Both the position numbers and the translations under genes were made by a program. DNA of 53,691 nucleotides from a virus (Duplodnaviria > Caudoviricetes), in the IMG/VR virus record IMGVR_UViG_3300044580_000365, positions 1-53,691 of that record; one strand, 5' to 3'. A model generated the notes under the pieces. It ran no database searches. It was given only the letters and a program-made list of their open reading frames with translations, and was not told the DNA's origin. Each line of letters begins with the position of its first letter. The first letter of the stretch is position 1. Positions 8,311 to 16,288 of the stretch are shown here, piece after piece.

Positions 8311-8667
8311 ATGGCTACAACACCACAACAATTCTTTTCAAAAAACATGAAATGGTTTGCTTTAGCTTTATTGTTTTTACTTATGATTAAGAGTGTGCAA
8401 AGCTGCAACAGAAAAACTCTTTTGAATATGGGATCAAAACAATACATTGAGCAAATAGATTCTCTAAAAACTCTTTACAATAATTATTATAGTGATTCCC
8501 AGGACAGTATAAAGAAATTGAATTTTGAACTTAAGCTTGCAAACGAACAGGTAAATGCTGCTAATAAAAGAGCTGAAGCTGTTCAATCTGCTGTTGAAAA
8601 AGTTCGTTCAAACACAACTATTACTGTTAAAGGCGCTGAAGAAGTTAAAGACACCTCTAAAAAATAA
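8311..8667 (+). CDS. Membrane-anchored or lipoprotein coiled-coil protein
   Basis: Hydrophobic segment WFALALLFLLMI, then VQS-C and a coiled coil. Confidence 0.65.
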   Translation: MATTPQQFFSKNMKWFALALLFLLMIKSVQSCNRKTLLNMGSKQYIEQIDSLKTLYNNYYSDSQDSIKKLNFELKLANEQVNAANKRAEAVQSAVEKVRSNTTITVKGAEEVKDTSKK

Positions 8668-8672
8668 ATACA

Positions 8673-8954
8673 ATGAACGAAATTACTCCTGAATTAAGAG
8701 AAAAAATTGCGCTATATTCAAAACATTTGCATGAAATTATTCATACAGATATTAGCGATGAAATGCTAAATGCTGTCAATATCAAAAGTGTAAGTATGAT
8801 TAATGAAGTCATGACTGAATACCCAGCTGAACCACTTTTAATTGTTAAAAAATTAGATGGAACAGAAGAGCGCATCTGGGGATTTGTAAAAATCCCAGAA
8901 TACTTAAACAACCTTATGGATCAAATTGAAAATTCGGGATATGTTAAAAAATAA
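8673..8954 (+). CDS. Hypothetical protein
   Basis: ORF within a tightly packed + strand operon. Confidence 0.65.
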   Translation: MNEITPELREKIALYSKHLHEIIHTDISDEMLNAVNIKSVSMINEVMTEYPAEPLLIVKKLDGTEERIWGFVKIPEYLNNLMDQIENSGYVKK

Positions 8955-8958
8955 AAAT

Positions 8959-9198
8959 ATGAAACTAGTTTGCGAATCCCTAGAGGAATTTAAACCTAAC
9001 GAATTAGAATTATTAAAAGAACAATATCCTAATTTGACTTTTAATATGGATCCCCACCCGACATTTAAAGGATCCTTTCGCTGTAATGTTTATGAGGGCG
9101 AAACCTATTTAGGAGGGATAAAGGGTGCTTGTAATTATAATCAGGCCATAGAATTCTTTAAGAATGTTGCAAAATCCACGGAAGAAGGAAAAATATAA
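8959..9198 (+). CDS. Small protein with an MKLVCE|SLEEF leader (possible processed head protein)
   Basis: Start moved to the ATG at 8959, just after the upstream stop. The leader resembles MKLIQE|SLNF of the 2220 ORF. Confidence 0.6.
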   Translation: MKLVCESLEEFKPNELELLKEQYPNLTFNMDPHPTFKGSFRCNVYEGETYLGGIKGACNYNQAIEFFKNVAKSTEEGKI

Positions 9199-9209
9199 AA
9201 ATAACTTAT

Positions 9210-9425
9210 ATGGAAAAGCTTAGTGAAGATAAAATAGAATTTTTACAAAAAGTAAAAAATTCGACTATTAAAGTCATCTTGGAAATTGATGGCAAAAAAA
9301 CTACTTGTACTTGCACGAAAGAACAGGTTTTAGATTTAATTGGAACATGGGCTATAAATCCTCTTCACATGTGTGTTGATACAGCACTTAGCGCTCACGT
9401 AGAAGAATTCTTAAAAAATAAATAA
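9210..9425 (+). CDS. Hypothetical protein
   Basis: Operon position; AATAACTTAT precedes both this ATG and the next. Confidence 0.6.
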   Translation: MEKLSEDKIEFLQKVKNSTIKVILEIDGKKTTCTCTKEQVLDLIGTWAINPLHMCVDTALSAHVEEFLKNK

Positions 9426-9430
9426 CTTAT

Positions 9431-10657
9431 ATGAATTTAAAAAATTTTAAGATTACAAACAAAGGTCTTTATTGGGGGCTTATTGTTACATTTGCCCTCC
9501 TATATTTGTGTGTAGGATTTGTATCAACTTTACACTCAATTACATTTTTCAACTTAGCGAATACTGTTGGCCTTGCAGTACTTCTTGGTATTACTTATGA
9601 AATTGGACAAGCATCTGTATTGTTTTCAATATTAATGACCAAAAATAAAGATAAGTTTCTTCCGTGGGCATTGATGTTTCTATTAACTGCATTACAGGTA
9701 ACCGCCAATGTTTATGCTTCTTTTAAATTTATGGCAAATTCAGGATCAGACGATTGGCAATATTGGCAAAAATCTATCCTAATTGGAGTTCAAGCAGAAA
9801 ATGCCGAAATGTATCAAGTTATTATTTCTTGGATTGCGGGTGCATTGCTTCCTATAGTTGCTCTTGGTATGACCGCATTGGTTGCTAATAATATCAAAAT
9901 GATTACTGAGGAAAACGAAACTAATAAGGAGGAATATAAAGAAGAAACTGAAGGAGAGAAAAAAGAATCTAAGCTAGAAGAAACCATCGGGGAAATTTTA
10001 GATAATGGGAGTCATTTAGAAAGACTTAGAAATACTCTTCTTTCTAATGCAGGTCCAGCTACAGGATCTGAAGAAAATCCAATTATTGGTGAAGGAGGAA
10101 TTGAAATCATTAAAGACCCTATCTCTATTGAATTAAGAGATCATGAGAAAGCAAATGAAGAATTTGAAAAGGAATATTTTCAAGATAATATGACTCCTCT
10201 TCAAAGATCTGAAAAAGAAATAGATGAGATAATCGAAAATGAGGTAGAAAGAAGGCTTAGGGAAAGAGAAAGTGCTAAGGGAATAGATAGTGCTTTTGAT
10301 CTACAGGAAGGCATGGATTATCTTGATCAAGAAGCAAATTCTCTGATCCCGGAAACGACTTCAAAAATCATCGATACTCAGCCTTCTCAATTTATAATTC
10401 CTGAAAAAAATCTTCCTGAAGTAAGTAACGAAATAGAAGATATTACTGCACCTGAAATAATGGAGCAAGCTGTGGAAGCTACAATAAGAGAAGCCGAAGA
10501 ATCAAGGATTCAGGAAACAAAAAAAGTTCCGCTAAAAAAGGAACGAGGATGGCATCTTAAGAAAACTTATGTAGATTCGAATGGAGATGTTTATCATTTT
10601 GGCAAGATCTCGGACGATAAAGAATTAAAAGAACCCCAGGACTCAAAAAAAGCTTAG
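9431..10657 (+). CDS. Multi-pass membrane protein with a long acidic tail
   Basis: About 4 TM helices in the first 150 aa, an acidic low-complexity region and C-terminal RGWHLKKTYVDSNGDVYHFG. Confidence 0.75.
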   Translation: MNLKNFKITNKGLYWGLIVTFALLYLCVGFVSTLHSITFFNLANTVGLAVLLGITYEIGQASVLFSILMTKNKDKFLPWALMFLLTALQVTANVYASFKFMANSGSDDWQYWQKSILIGVQAENAEMYQVIISWIAGALLPIVALGMTALVANNIKMITEENETNKEEYKEETEGEKKESKLEETIGEILDNGSHLERLRNTLLSNAGPATGSEENPIIGEGGIEIIKDPISIELRDHEKANEEFEKEYFQDNMTPLQRSEKEIDEIIENEVERRLRERESAKGIDSAFDLQEGMDYLDQEANSLIPETTSKIIDTQPSQFIIPEKNLPEVSNEIEDITAPEIMEQAVEATIREAEESRIQETKKVPLKKERGWHLKKTYVDSNGDVYHFGKISDDKELKEPQDSKKA

Positions 10658-10665
10658 GAGCGAGC

Positions 10666-10947
10666 ATGGATGAAGGGGTGAAAGAAGAGCTCGCTCCTGA
10701 TAAAGAAGAAATAAACCCCGTAGAGGAATTGAAAAAACCTTCTCCTGGTCAAGAACTTATTGAACGTATTAAAAAAGAAGATTTTGAAAAGAAGAAAAAG
10801 AAGGAAGCAGAAGAATATGTTCCCTCTATTATAATAGATGGGGTGGAAGTTATTGATGCTAAAGCTATACCTAAAAAAGAAAAAATTAAACTTGATAAAT
10901 TTGGTATCCCCATTCCTCAAAATCGAAGAACCTGGGATAAAATCTAA
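10666..10947 (+). CDS. Hypothetical charged protein
   Basis: Follows 9431..10657 on the same strand. Confidence 0.55.
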   Translation: MDEGVKEELAPDKEEINPVEELKKPSPGQELIERIKKEDFEKKKKKEAEEYVPSIIIDGVEVIDAKAIPKKEKIKLDKFGIPIPQNRRTWDKI

Positions 10948-11135
10948 AGATCAAAAGACCCTATAAATACATCGGCACAGCTCATAGGAACGTGCCTGCT
11001 AAGTTTAAATCCCTAAGTCATATTAATCCTTGCCTTAGGGATTTGTTGTCTTAAACAGCAAATAATAACTTTTTATAAAAATCCATTCTATTCTTTTTAT
11101 TCACGAATAAATAATAAAAATAAAAGGCTAATAGC

Positions 11136-12671
11136 ATGGCTACAGATGTATTTAATAATTCTAGCAATAATTATGTTTATCCTGCACTTTCACCATGTGC
11201 GGGAGCTGGAGATGATTCATACCTACAATTTTTACCAAATAAATCCGTAGGGGTTATCCAAGGAAGTAATACACTTGCTTCAATATCTTTTTCAGATATT
11301 AAAATCCCCGTTTCATCTTACAGTTCTCAAATGAAAATTGTAGAACCTGGAGAAGTAGCATTCATCCCAGGATTAACAAAAGGACTTGATTTTAGATCTC
11401 AGTCATTTACCCTTCCGGCATTTACAGAAAATGATTTGAATCCATATTTTATGACTGTCGATCTTTCAGTTGGTTTTTATAAAAATTTCAAATATTACCA
11501 ATTTAATGTTGAAGCTTCTGCAGACTATTCAAATAATATTACAATAGATCAAGCTTTAGATATAGCTTTATCTAATATTCAAGCAAAGATTACAACTATC
11601 TATGATCCTAGCGATCTTTCTTTTACCGGAACTCAGGCAGGATGGGATTTTAATATTTCCAACATTGAACTAACTCTTATAGATGCTTCTGAAAATGCTA
11701 GTTCGCCTTTCCCTGCTATTATCATAGGGGGAATAAATGTTCCTCAAATATTTGAATTAGAAGAGGACCTTTCTAAAATGGTTCTTTATGCTAAGTATCC
11801 TAATTCAGCAATGCAAGGAATTATTTTAAAAGCTACATATCCAGCAACAGAATTAAGTTATAATAAATGGATTTATATTAATCATGTTACAGATATTGTT
11901 ACTATTTTCGAGCCTATTCAGATTGACAACTTTTTAAAAAATATAGAGATAACATTTGATCCTTCGATTTCTTTTGGACCATTTATAACAGATTTTACAG
12001 ATGCTTCCGTTGGTTTGGATGCTAGCTCTGGAAGTGAATCCTATGTTCTTGCAGTAGATTGCTCTTACGCATATTATCAGCTAGAGGATTCATCTTTATT
12101 TAATTCTAGATTAAATCTTGATTCATCTTTATTAAATGGAACTATTGAAAATTCCTGGGTAAACAAAGATTATCCTTTACTTCCTTATGGGGATCCTTCA
12201 AGCAGAGTTGAAATAGCTTTATCTATTGTAAACGACTGTTCTATAAACAATGCTTTTATTCAGGATAGCTCCATATTTACATCTTTCTTAGAAGACGTTT
12301 CATTATCTGGATGTACACTTTACAATTGCTCTTATGATCCTAGTATGGTTACCTTATCCAATTGTACTCTTATTACAATTAATGAAACTATAGATTGTTC
12401 TATTTCTTATGAGACTGATTCATCAACCTATTATACTCCGGTTGTTAAAACAATTGAAGTTGGTATGAGTGGTTGCTCTAATGCTACTCAAATGAGCGCA
12501 GGAGATTATCTTGAATGGATTACAGAAAACGAGGATTGGAAAAAAGTTGGAGATGCGTATATTTGGACTTCAGCTCCTGATAATGGGGATACAAGGAATT
12601 TAATTGATGGATTTTATGTTTATAATCCTCAAACTTTCCCAGTTCAAATAGATTATTTAATCTTTGTATGA
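11136..12671 (+). CDS. Probable virion structural protein (D-x-S rich, beta-helix-like C-terminal half)
   Basis: About 20 D-x-S motifs counted by eye. Late-promoter motif GAATAAATAA at 11105-11114. Confidence 0.6.
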   Translation: MATDVFNNSSNNYVYPALSPCAGAGDDSYLQFLPNKSVGVIQGSNTLASISFSDIKIPVSSYSSQMKIVEPGEVAFIPGLTKGLDFRSQSFTLPAFTENDLNPYFMTVDLSVGFYKNFKYYQFNVEASADYSNNITIDQALDIALSNIQAKITTIYDPSDLSFTGTQAGWDFNISNIELTLIDASENASSPFPAIIIGGINVPQIFELEEDLSKMVLYAKYPNSAMQGIILKATYPATELSYNKWIYINHVTDIVTIFEPIQIDNFLKNIEITFDPSISFGPFITDFTDASVGLDASSGSESYVLAVDCSYAYYQLEDSSLFNSRLNLDSSLLNGTIENSWVNKDYPLLPYGDPSSRVEIALSIVNDCSINNAFIQDSSIFTSFLEDVSLSGCTLYNCSYDPSMVTLSNCTLITINETIDCSISYETDSSTYYTPVVKTIEVGMSGCSNATQMSAGDYLEWITENEDWKKVGDAYIWTSAPDNGDTRNLIDGFYVYNPQTFPVQIDYLIFV

Positions 12672-13021
12672 GAGCTAAAAAGGTATTTGAATCCCTAGAA
12701 TTCGAAAGGGGTAGGGATCCTAAAGAATCCATGAAAATAGGATCAAGTAGATTTGTTGTTCCCCCTCAAAATATTAATTTTTCAGTTCGTACAAAGCCAA
12801 GTAGGGATTTTGTTCCTGTAATTGGATTTAGTGCTAATGGATATACCAGAAAGGGGTGGCAAATATTTCTTGAACCTGGTGATTGGCCAGCAACAGAGAA
12901 TATTATACCAGATTTGGTAGATTTTTTAAATACCCCAGAAATGAAAATAAAAGTTGCTCAGGGATTACAAAAAGCATACGAAGCCAACCCTAAATGGTTT
13001 AATTTAAAGAATAAAAAATGA
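12668..13021 (+). CDS. FERG-tagged small protein
   Basis: N-terminus MRAKKVFE|SLEFERGRDPKESMKIG matches the repeat tag of 2220..4337. Confidence 0.75.
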   Translation: MRAKKVFESLEFERGRDPKESMKIGSSRFVVPPQNINFSVRTKPSRDFVPVIGFSANGYTRKGWQIFLEPGDWPATENIIPDLVDFLNTPEMKIKVAQGLQKAYEANPKWFNLKNKK

Positions 13022-13488
13022 AAGCTCAAAGAGTTTTTGAAAATATAGGATTTGAAAGAGGACAAATTCCTCAAAAAACTTTAAAAATAGGAAAATACCG
13101 AACTACTCCTAGAACTTTTAAAGATTATGAAGGGGAAAAACAAACTATTGAAGTTGATCAAGAAAATACTTTTGATCTTTATGATATGAAGGTCAAACTG
13201 GTTTTTAAGAAAAAAGAAGGAGAAGAATTTGCTAATGTTTATATTAATGGGAAGAAAAACGACTTTACAGTTTTTAAAATGGTTCCCTTTGATTATGAAT
13301 TTAAAAGACAAGGGGAACATTCAGATCCTGGATTTACTTCATACGGGTTTCCTGTTGCAAAGGATGAAAAACATTTAGAAGAATTAAAAGAAAAATATTC
13401 TCATTGGATTGCAATGTCAGGTGATTATTCTAGAGAAAATAGGGATCCTTTTATTGCAGTTGCAGAATTAATACTTTTTACATACTAA
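13018..13488 (+). CDS. FERG-tagged small protein
   Basis: N-terminus MKAQRVFE|NIGFERGQIPQKTLKIG. Confidence 0.75.
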   Translation: MKAQRVFENIGFERGQIPQKTLKIGKYRTTPRTFKDYEGEKQTIEVDQENTFDLYDMKVKLVFKKKEGEEFANVYINGKKNDFTVFKMVPFDYEFKRQGEHSDPGFTSYGFPVAKDEKHLEELKEKYSHWIAMSGDYSRENRDPFIAVAELILFTY

Positions 13489-13931
13489 TGAAAGCACTAA
13501 AAGTACTTGAAGCATATAACTTTCAAAGAGGCCAGAATCCAAAAAGATCCCTTTCCTTAGGAAAATTTAATTCTCCTCTTTATAGAGCTCTAACCGATCC
13601 AGATAATGAAGTTAACGGAGAAGGCTTTAATGATTGGATGGAGACAAATCCTACTCTTGCAAAAGCCATAGAATATAATAAAAATCCTTTACCTTTGGAT
13701 CAATATTTAACCTTTGATTTGGACTATTATTGCGAAAATAATAATATAGACCCGGATGATCTCAAAGATGATTTTGATTCTAAAGAGCTTTTTCCAAGGT
13801 TAAAACCGTCGGAATTAATGGTCTTTAGAGGAATTATTAAAAGTTTACCCGATCAAAATAAAGTTTTATATTATAGGGGAGGAAATATTGACGGGTTTAT
13901 TACTCGAAAAGATTGGCTCGGTATAAGATAA
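13488..13931 (+). CDS. FERG-tagged small protein
   Basis: N-terminus MKALKVLE|AYNFQRGQNPKRSLSLG. Confidence 0.75.
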   Translation: MKALKVLEAYNFQRGQNPKRSLSLGKFNSPLYRALTDPDNEVNGEGFNDWMETNPTLAKAIEYNKNPLPLDQYLTFDLDYYCENNNIDPDDLKDDFDSKELFPRLKPSELMVFRGIIKSLPDQNKVLYYRGGNIDGFITRKDWLGIR

Positions 13932-13938
13932 ATATATT

Positions 13939-14457
13939 ATGAGAGCAAATAAAATATCGGATACAATTAACGAATGGGGTGGTGCAGGATATTCCATCTA
14001 TGGTGGCAATGCCGGATACGGAAATGCTAGTGGAAGGGGAATGGGATTTGGCCAAAGCTCCCAAAATAAAGGAGGCCCAAATTTAATGTATACCTATGAT
14101 GTTAAGGACCTTGATCAAAAACTTCAGCAAGCCCCAACTCCTCAAGATGATGAAAAATATGTTCATATTGGATGTGAAATAGAGGGAATTTCTCTAGATA
14201 CAAAAAAGAAAATAACAGGTAAGATAGTTTCAGAGGAAACTGATAACGATGGTAATATTTCTTATTATAATATAATAAATTCAGAAACAGGCAAAACTGA
14301 AAGAGTAGATCCAACATCTGCCGAATTAATTCAAAATGATTTATCCCCAGAAATGGCCATTAGGGATTATCCCGGGTTTGAATCCTTTGAATATCCTTCT
14401 TTTGAAGATTTTTTAAATGAAAAAGACAACAGGATAATAAAAAAGAGGTTTATTTAA
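13939..14457 (+). CDS. Probable processed head protein
   Basis: MRANKISDTINE|W leader, a Gly-rich segment and C-terminal SFEDFLNE; late motif GATAAATATA at 13927. Confidence 0.55.
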   Translation: MRANKISDTINEWGGAGYSIYGGNAGYGNASGRGMGFGQSSQNKGGPNLMYTYDVKDLDQKLQQAPTPQDDEKYVHIGCEIEGISLDTKKKITGKIVSEETDNDGNISYYNIINSETGKTERVDPTSAELIQNDLSPEMAIRDYPGFESFEYPSFEDFLNEKDNRIIKKRFI

Positions 14458-15322
14458 CCTCTTTTTCTTTGTTAGCTTCCTGCTTAGCTTTCCATCTTTC
14501 CATTTCTTCCTCAACCCAAGGAACTTGAATACCCGTTATTCTTACATCTAATTTTCTTACAAAAACACTGTTTTCTGGGACATTAAATAACATGATTGCG
14601 GGATCACCTTCTTTCCAATTTTCATATTGCTTTACAGCTTTATTAATAAGATCTGGGGTAAAATGATCTTTAGCTGACCAATTTTCTAGTTTCTTTCTTA
14701 TATTTTTACGGATCCATGCAAAGTGTTGCATACGAATTACTTCATCTTCAAAGATATAAGTTCCAATATTCAAAGGATTAAAAATCCTCCTTGTTGGATC
14801 AGTTGGACCTGGAGCTGGGCCATTAAATGTATATGTGAAATAGGTTGAATGAATCCCCGGAACAAATGGTCTAAAAGGATAAACCAAGTAATGTTCTAGA
14901 TCTCTGAAGTAATTAACATAACTCCAATATGTAATTGGCCATCCGTTTTCATTAATCATCTCTTTTGCTACCCGGAATTGATCCTTATCATAGAATTCAT
15001 CAGCATCAATATTTAAAATATGGGAACATCCTCTTTCTTTTGCAAGAGAAATACCCATATTTCTTTTATCCGTTTCTTGTTCTCTTGAATATTTTAAAAA
15101 ATCTGGTTTAAACTCGATTAATTCGTCAATAAGACCTATAGATTTTAATCTTTCCAATTCAGCCATATCTTTTGGATCCATTGCATTTTTCCAATAAGAT
15201 TTCTTCTGATAAAAACCGGCTACCCAATCCACTTGATCTCTTATTTGGGAAATAAGATCAAATAATAATTCGCTTGAGTCAAAACAGTTAATAGTAAGGC
15301 CTAATTTTTTTATTTTTCCCAT
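14450..15322 (-). CDS. Glycosyltransferase (GT-A fold, GT2-like)
   Basis: Contains ETDKRNMGI and HILNIDADEFY (DxD motif), and MQHFAWIR near the C-terminus. Confidence 0.75.
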   Translation of the reverse strand: MGKIKKLGLTINCFDSSELLFDLISQIRDQVDWVAGFYQKKSYWKNAMDPKDMAELERLKSIGLIDELIEFKPDFLKYSREQETDKRNMGISLAKERGCSHILNIDADEFYDKDQFRVAKEMINENGWPITYWSYVNYFRDLEHYLVYPFRPFVPGIHSTYFTYTFNGPAPGPTDPTRRIFNPLNIGTYIFEDEVIRMQHFAWIRKNIRKKLENWSAKDHFTPDLINKAVKQYENWKEGDPAIMLFNVPENSVFVRKLDVRITGIQVPWVEEEMERWKAKQEANKEKEVK

Positions 15323-15555
15323 TCTTTTGGTTTTTCTTTTTTAAATAATTTTATCCATGTTCTTTCAATCTCTCTCATTCTTTCTTTACTCTTCTTTTTC
15401 CATTTTATATCTTCAATAATAATTTTTACAGTATAAGCTATAAAAAGAATAAATGCTAAAAATAGAAAAATGGTTATAGCATTTGAATAAAAAGGATCTT
15501 GAATTCCTATTATGTCTCGTATTAATTGGTCTCTTATCTCTTCATAAGGATTCAT
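15310..15555 (-). CDS. Small single-TM protein
   Basis: TM segment AITIFLFLAFILFIAYTV. Confidence 0.6.
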   Translation of the reverse strand: MNPYEEIRDQLIRDIIGIQDPFYSNAITIFLFLAFILFIAYTVKIIIEDIKWKKKSKERMREIERTWIKLFKKEKPKEWEK

Positions 15556-15560
15556 TAAAA

Positions 15561-16229
15561 CTAGTTTATTTTAATATCATCAAAAATGATAGGTATCTTT
15601 GATTGGAACTCCTTTAGAAGGGGTATGGTTAATTCCCTCATCTGAGGATGAGCAGCAGGAGAAGTTCTTAGTTTAAAGAAATGTCTCCATTCACGAAGGT
15701 TATATTTAACATTTATTTCTGTTTTCGTCGAGTTTGGAAGTATGGCTCTTGCTTGCTGAGCTTGCCACCCCAATTCGATAAGTTTATTATAATCTTCTTC
15801 AACTTTTAATAGGCTTTTATACCAAATATTTTCCCCTTCAGAGAAACCCGTTTGATCCCCTGTACATTTCCATTCGCCTTCTAATGGTAATGAGATCCAG
15901 GATGGAATAATAAAAGTTAACTGATTATCAAATTTGTCCTTTGCATAATTACAGTATCTCGTACTTTCTTGAGCATAAGAAGCCATTCGATGACGAACTA
16001 TTTCATGGGAAACCCCCCGATCGCAAGTAAATTTAACGGTAATATCAAAAAATTCGATCATTGCCTCATGACCACGATCAATAAGGGATTTTACCATTTT
16101 AAATGCGGAGTCATCAGTAATCTTGTCTTCAGATTTATAGCAAGTTCGAGCTACTTTTTCAATGGTTTTGAGAATTTCCTCTCCATTAAGGGGTGTTAAA
16201 ATTTCTGTAAATGGACGAATTAATTTCAT
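15561..16229 (-). CDS. thyX: FAD-dependent thymidylate synthase
   Basis: Signature RHRMASYAQESTRY, plus GHEAMIE, ARAILP and NLREWRHFFKLR...AHPQMR. Confidence 0.95.
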   Translation of the reverse strand: MKLIRPFTEILTPLNGEEILKTIEKVARTCYKSEDKITDDSAFKMVKSLIDRGHEAMIEFFDITVKFTCDRGVSHEIVRHRMASYAQESTRYCNYAKDKFDNQLTFIIPSWISLPLEGEWKCTGDQTGFSEGENIWYKSLLKVEEDYNKLIELGWQAQQARAILPNSTKTEINVKYNLREWRHFFKLRTSPAAHPQMRELTIPLLKEFQSKIPIIFDDIKIN

Positions 16230-16257
16230 AAAAATATTTTTGGTGTACTACTTTTTT

Positions 16258-16286
16258 ATTATATGAATTTTGTTATATGTAGTTTT
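16258..16286 (-). promoter_or_regulatory. Class A promoter candidate AAAACTA-N16-TATAAT for thyX
   Basis: Exact motif about 29 nt upstream of the thyX ATG. Confidence 0.6.
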
Positions 16287-16288
16287 AA

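Noticed and set aside
8926-8958. Annotated upstream start for the 8926..9198 ORF
   Set aside because: It is a non-ATG start overlapping the previous gene; the ATG at 8959 gives a non-overlapping start with a recognisable leader
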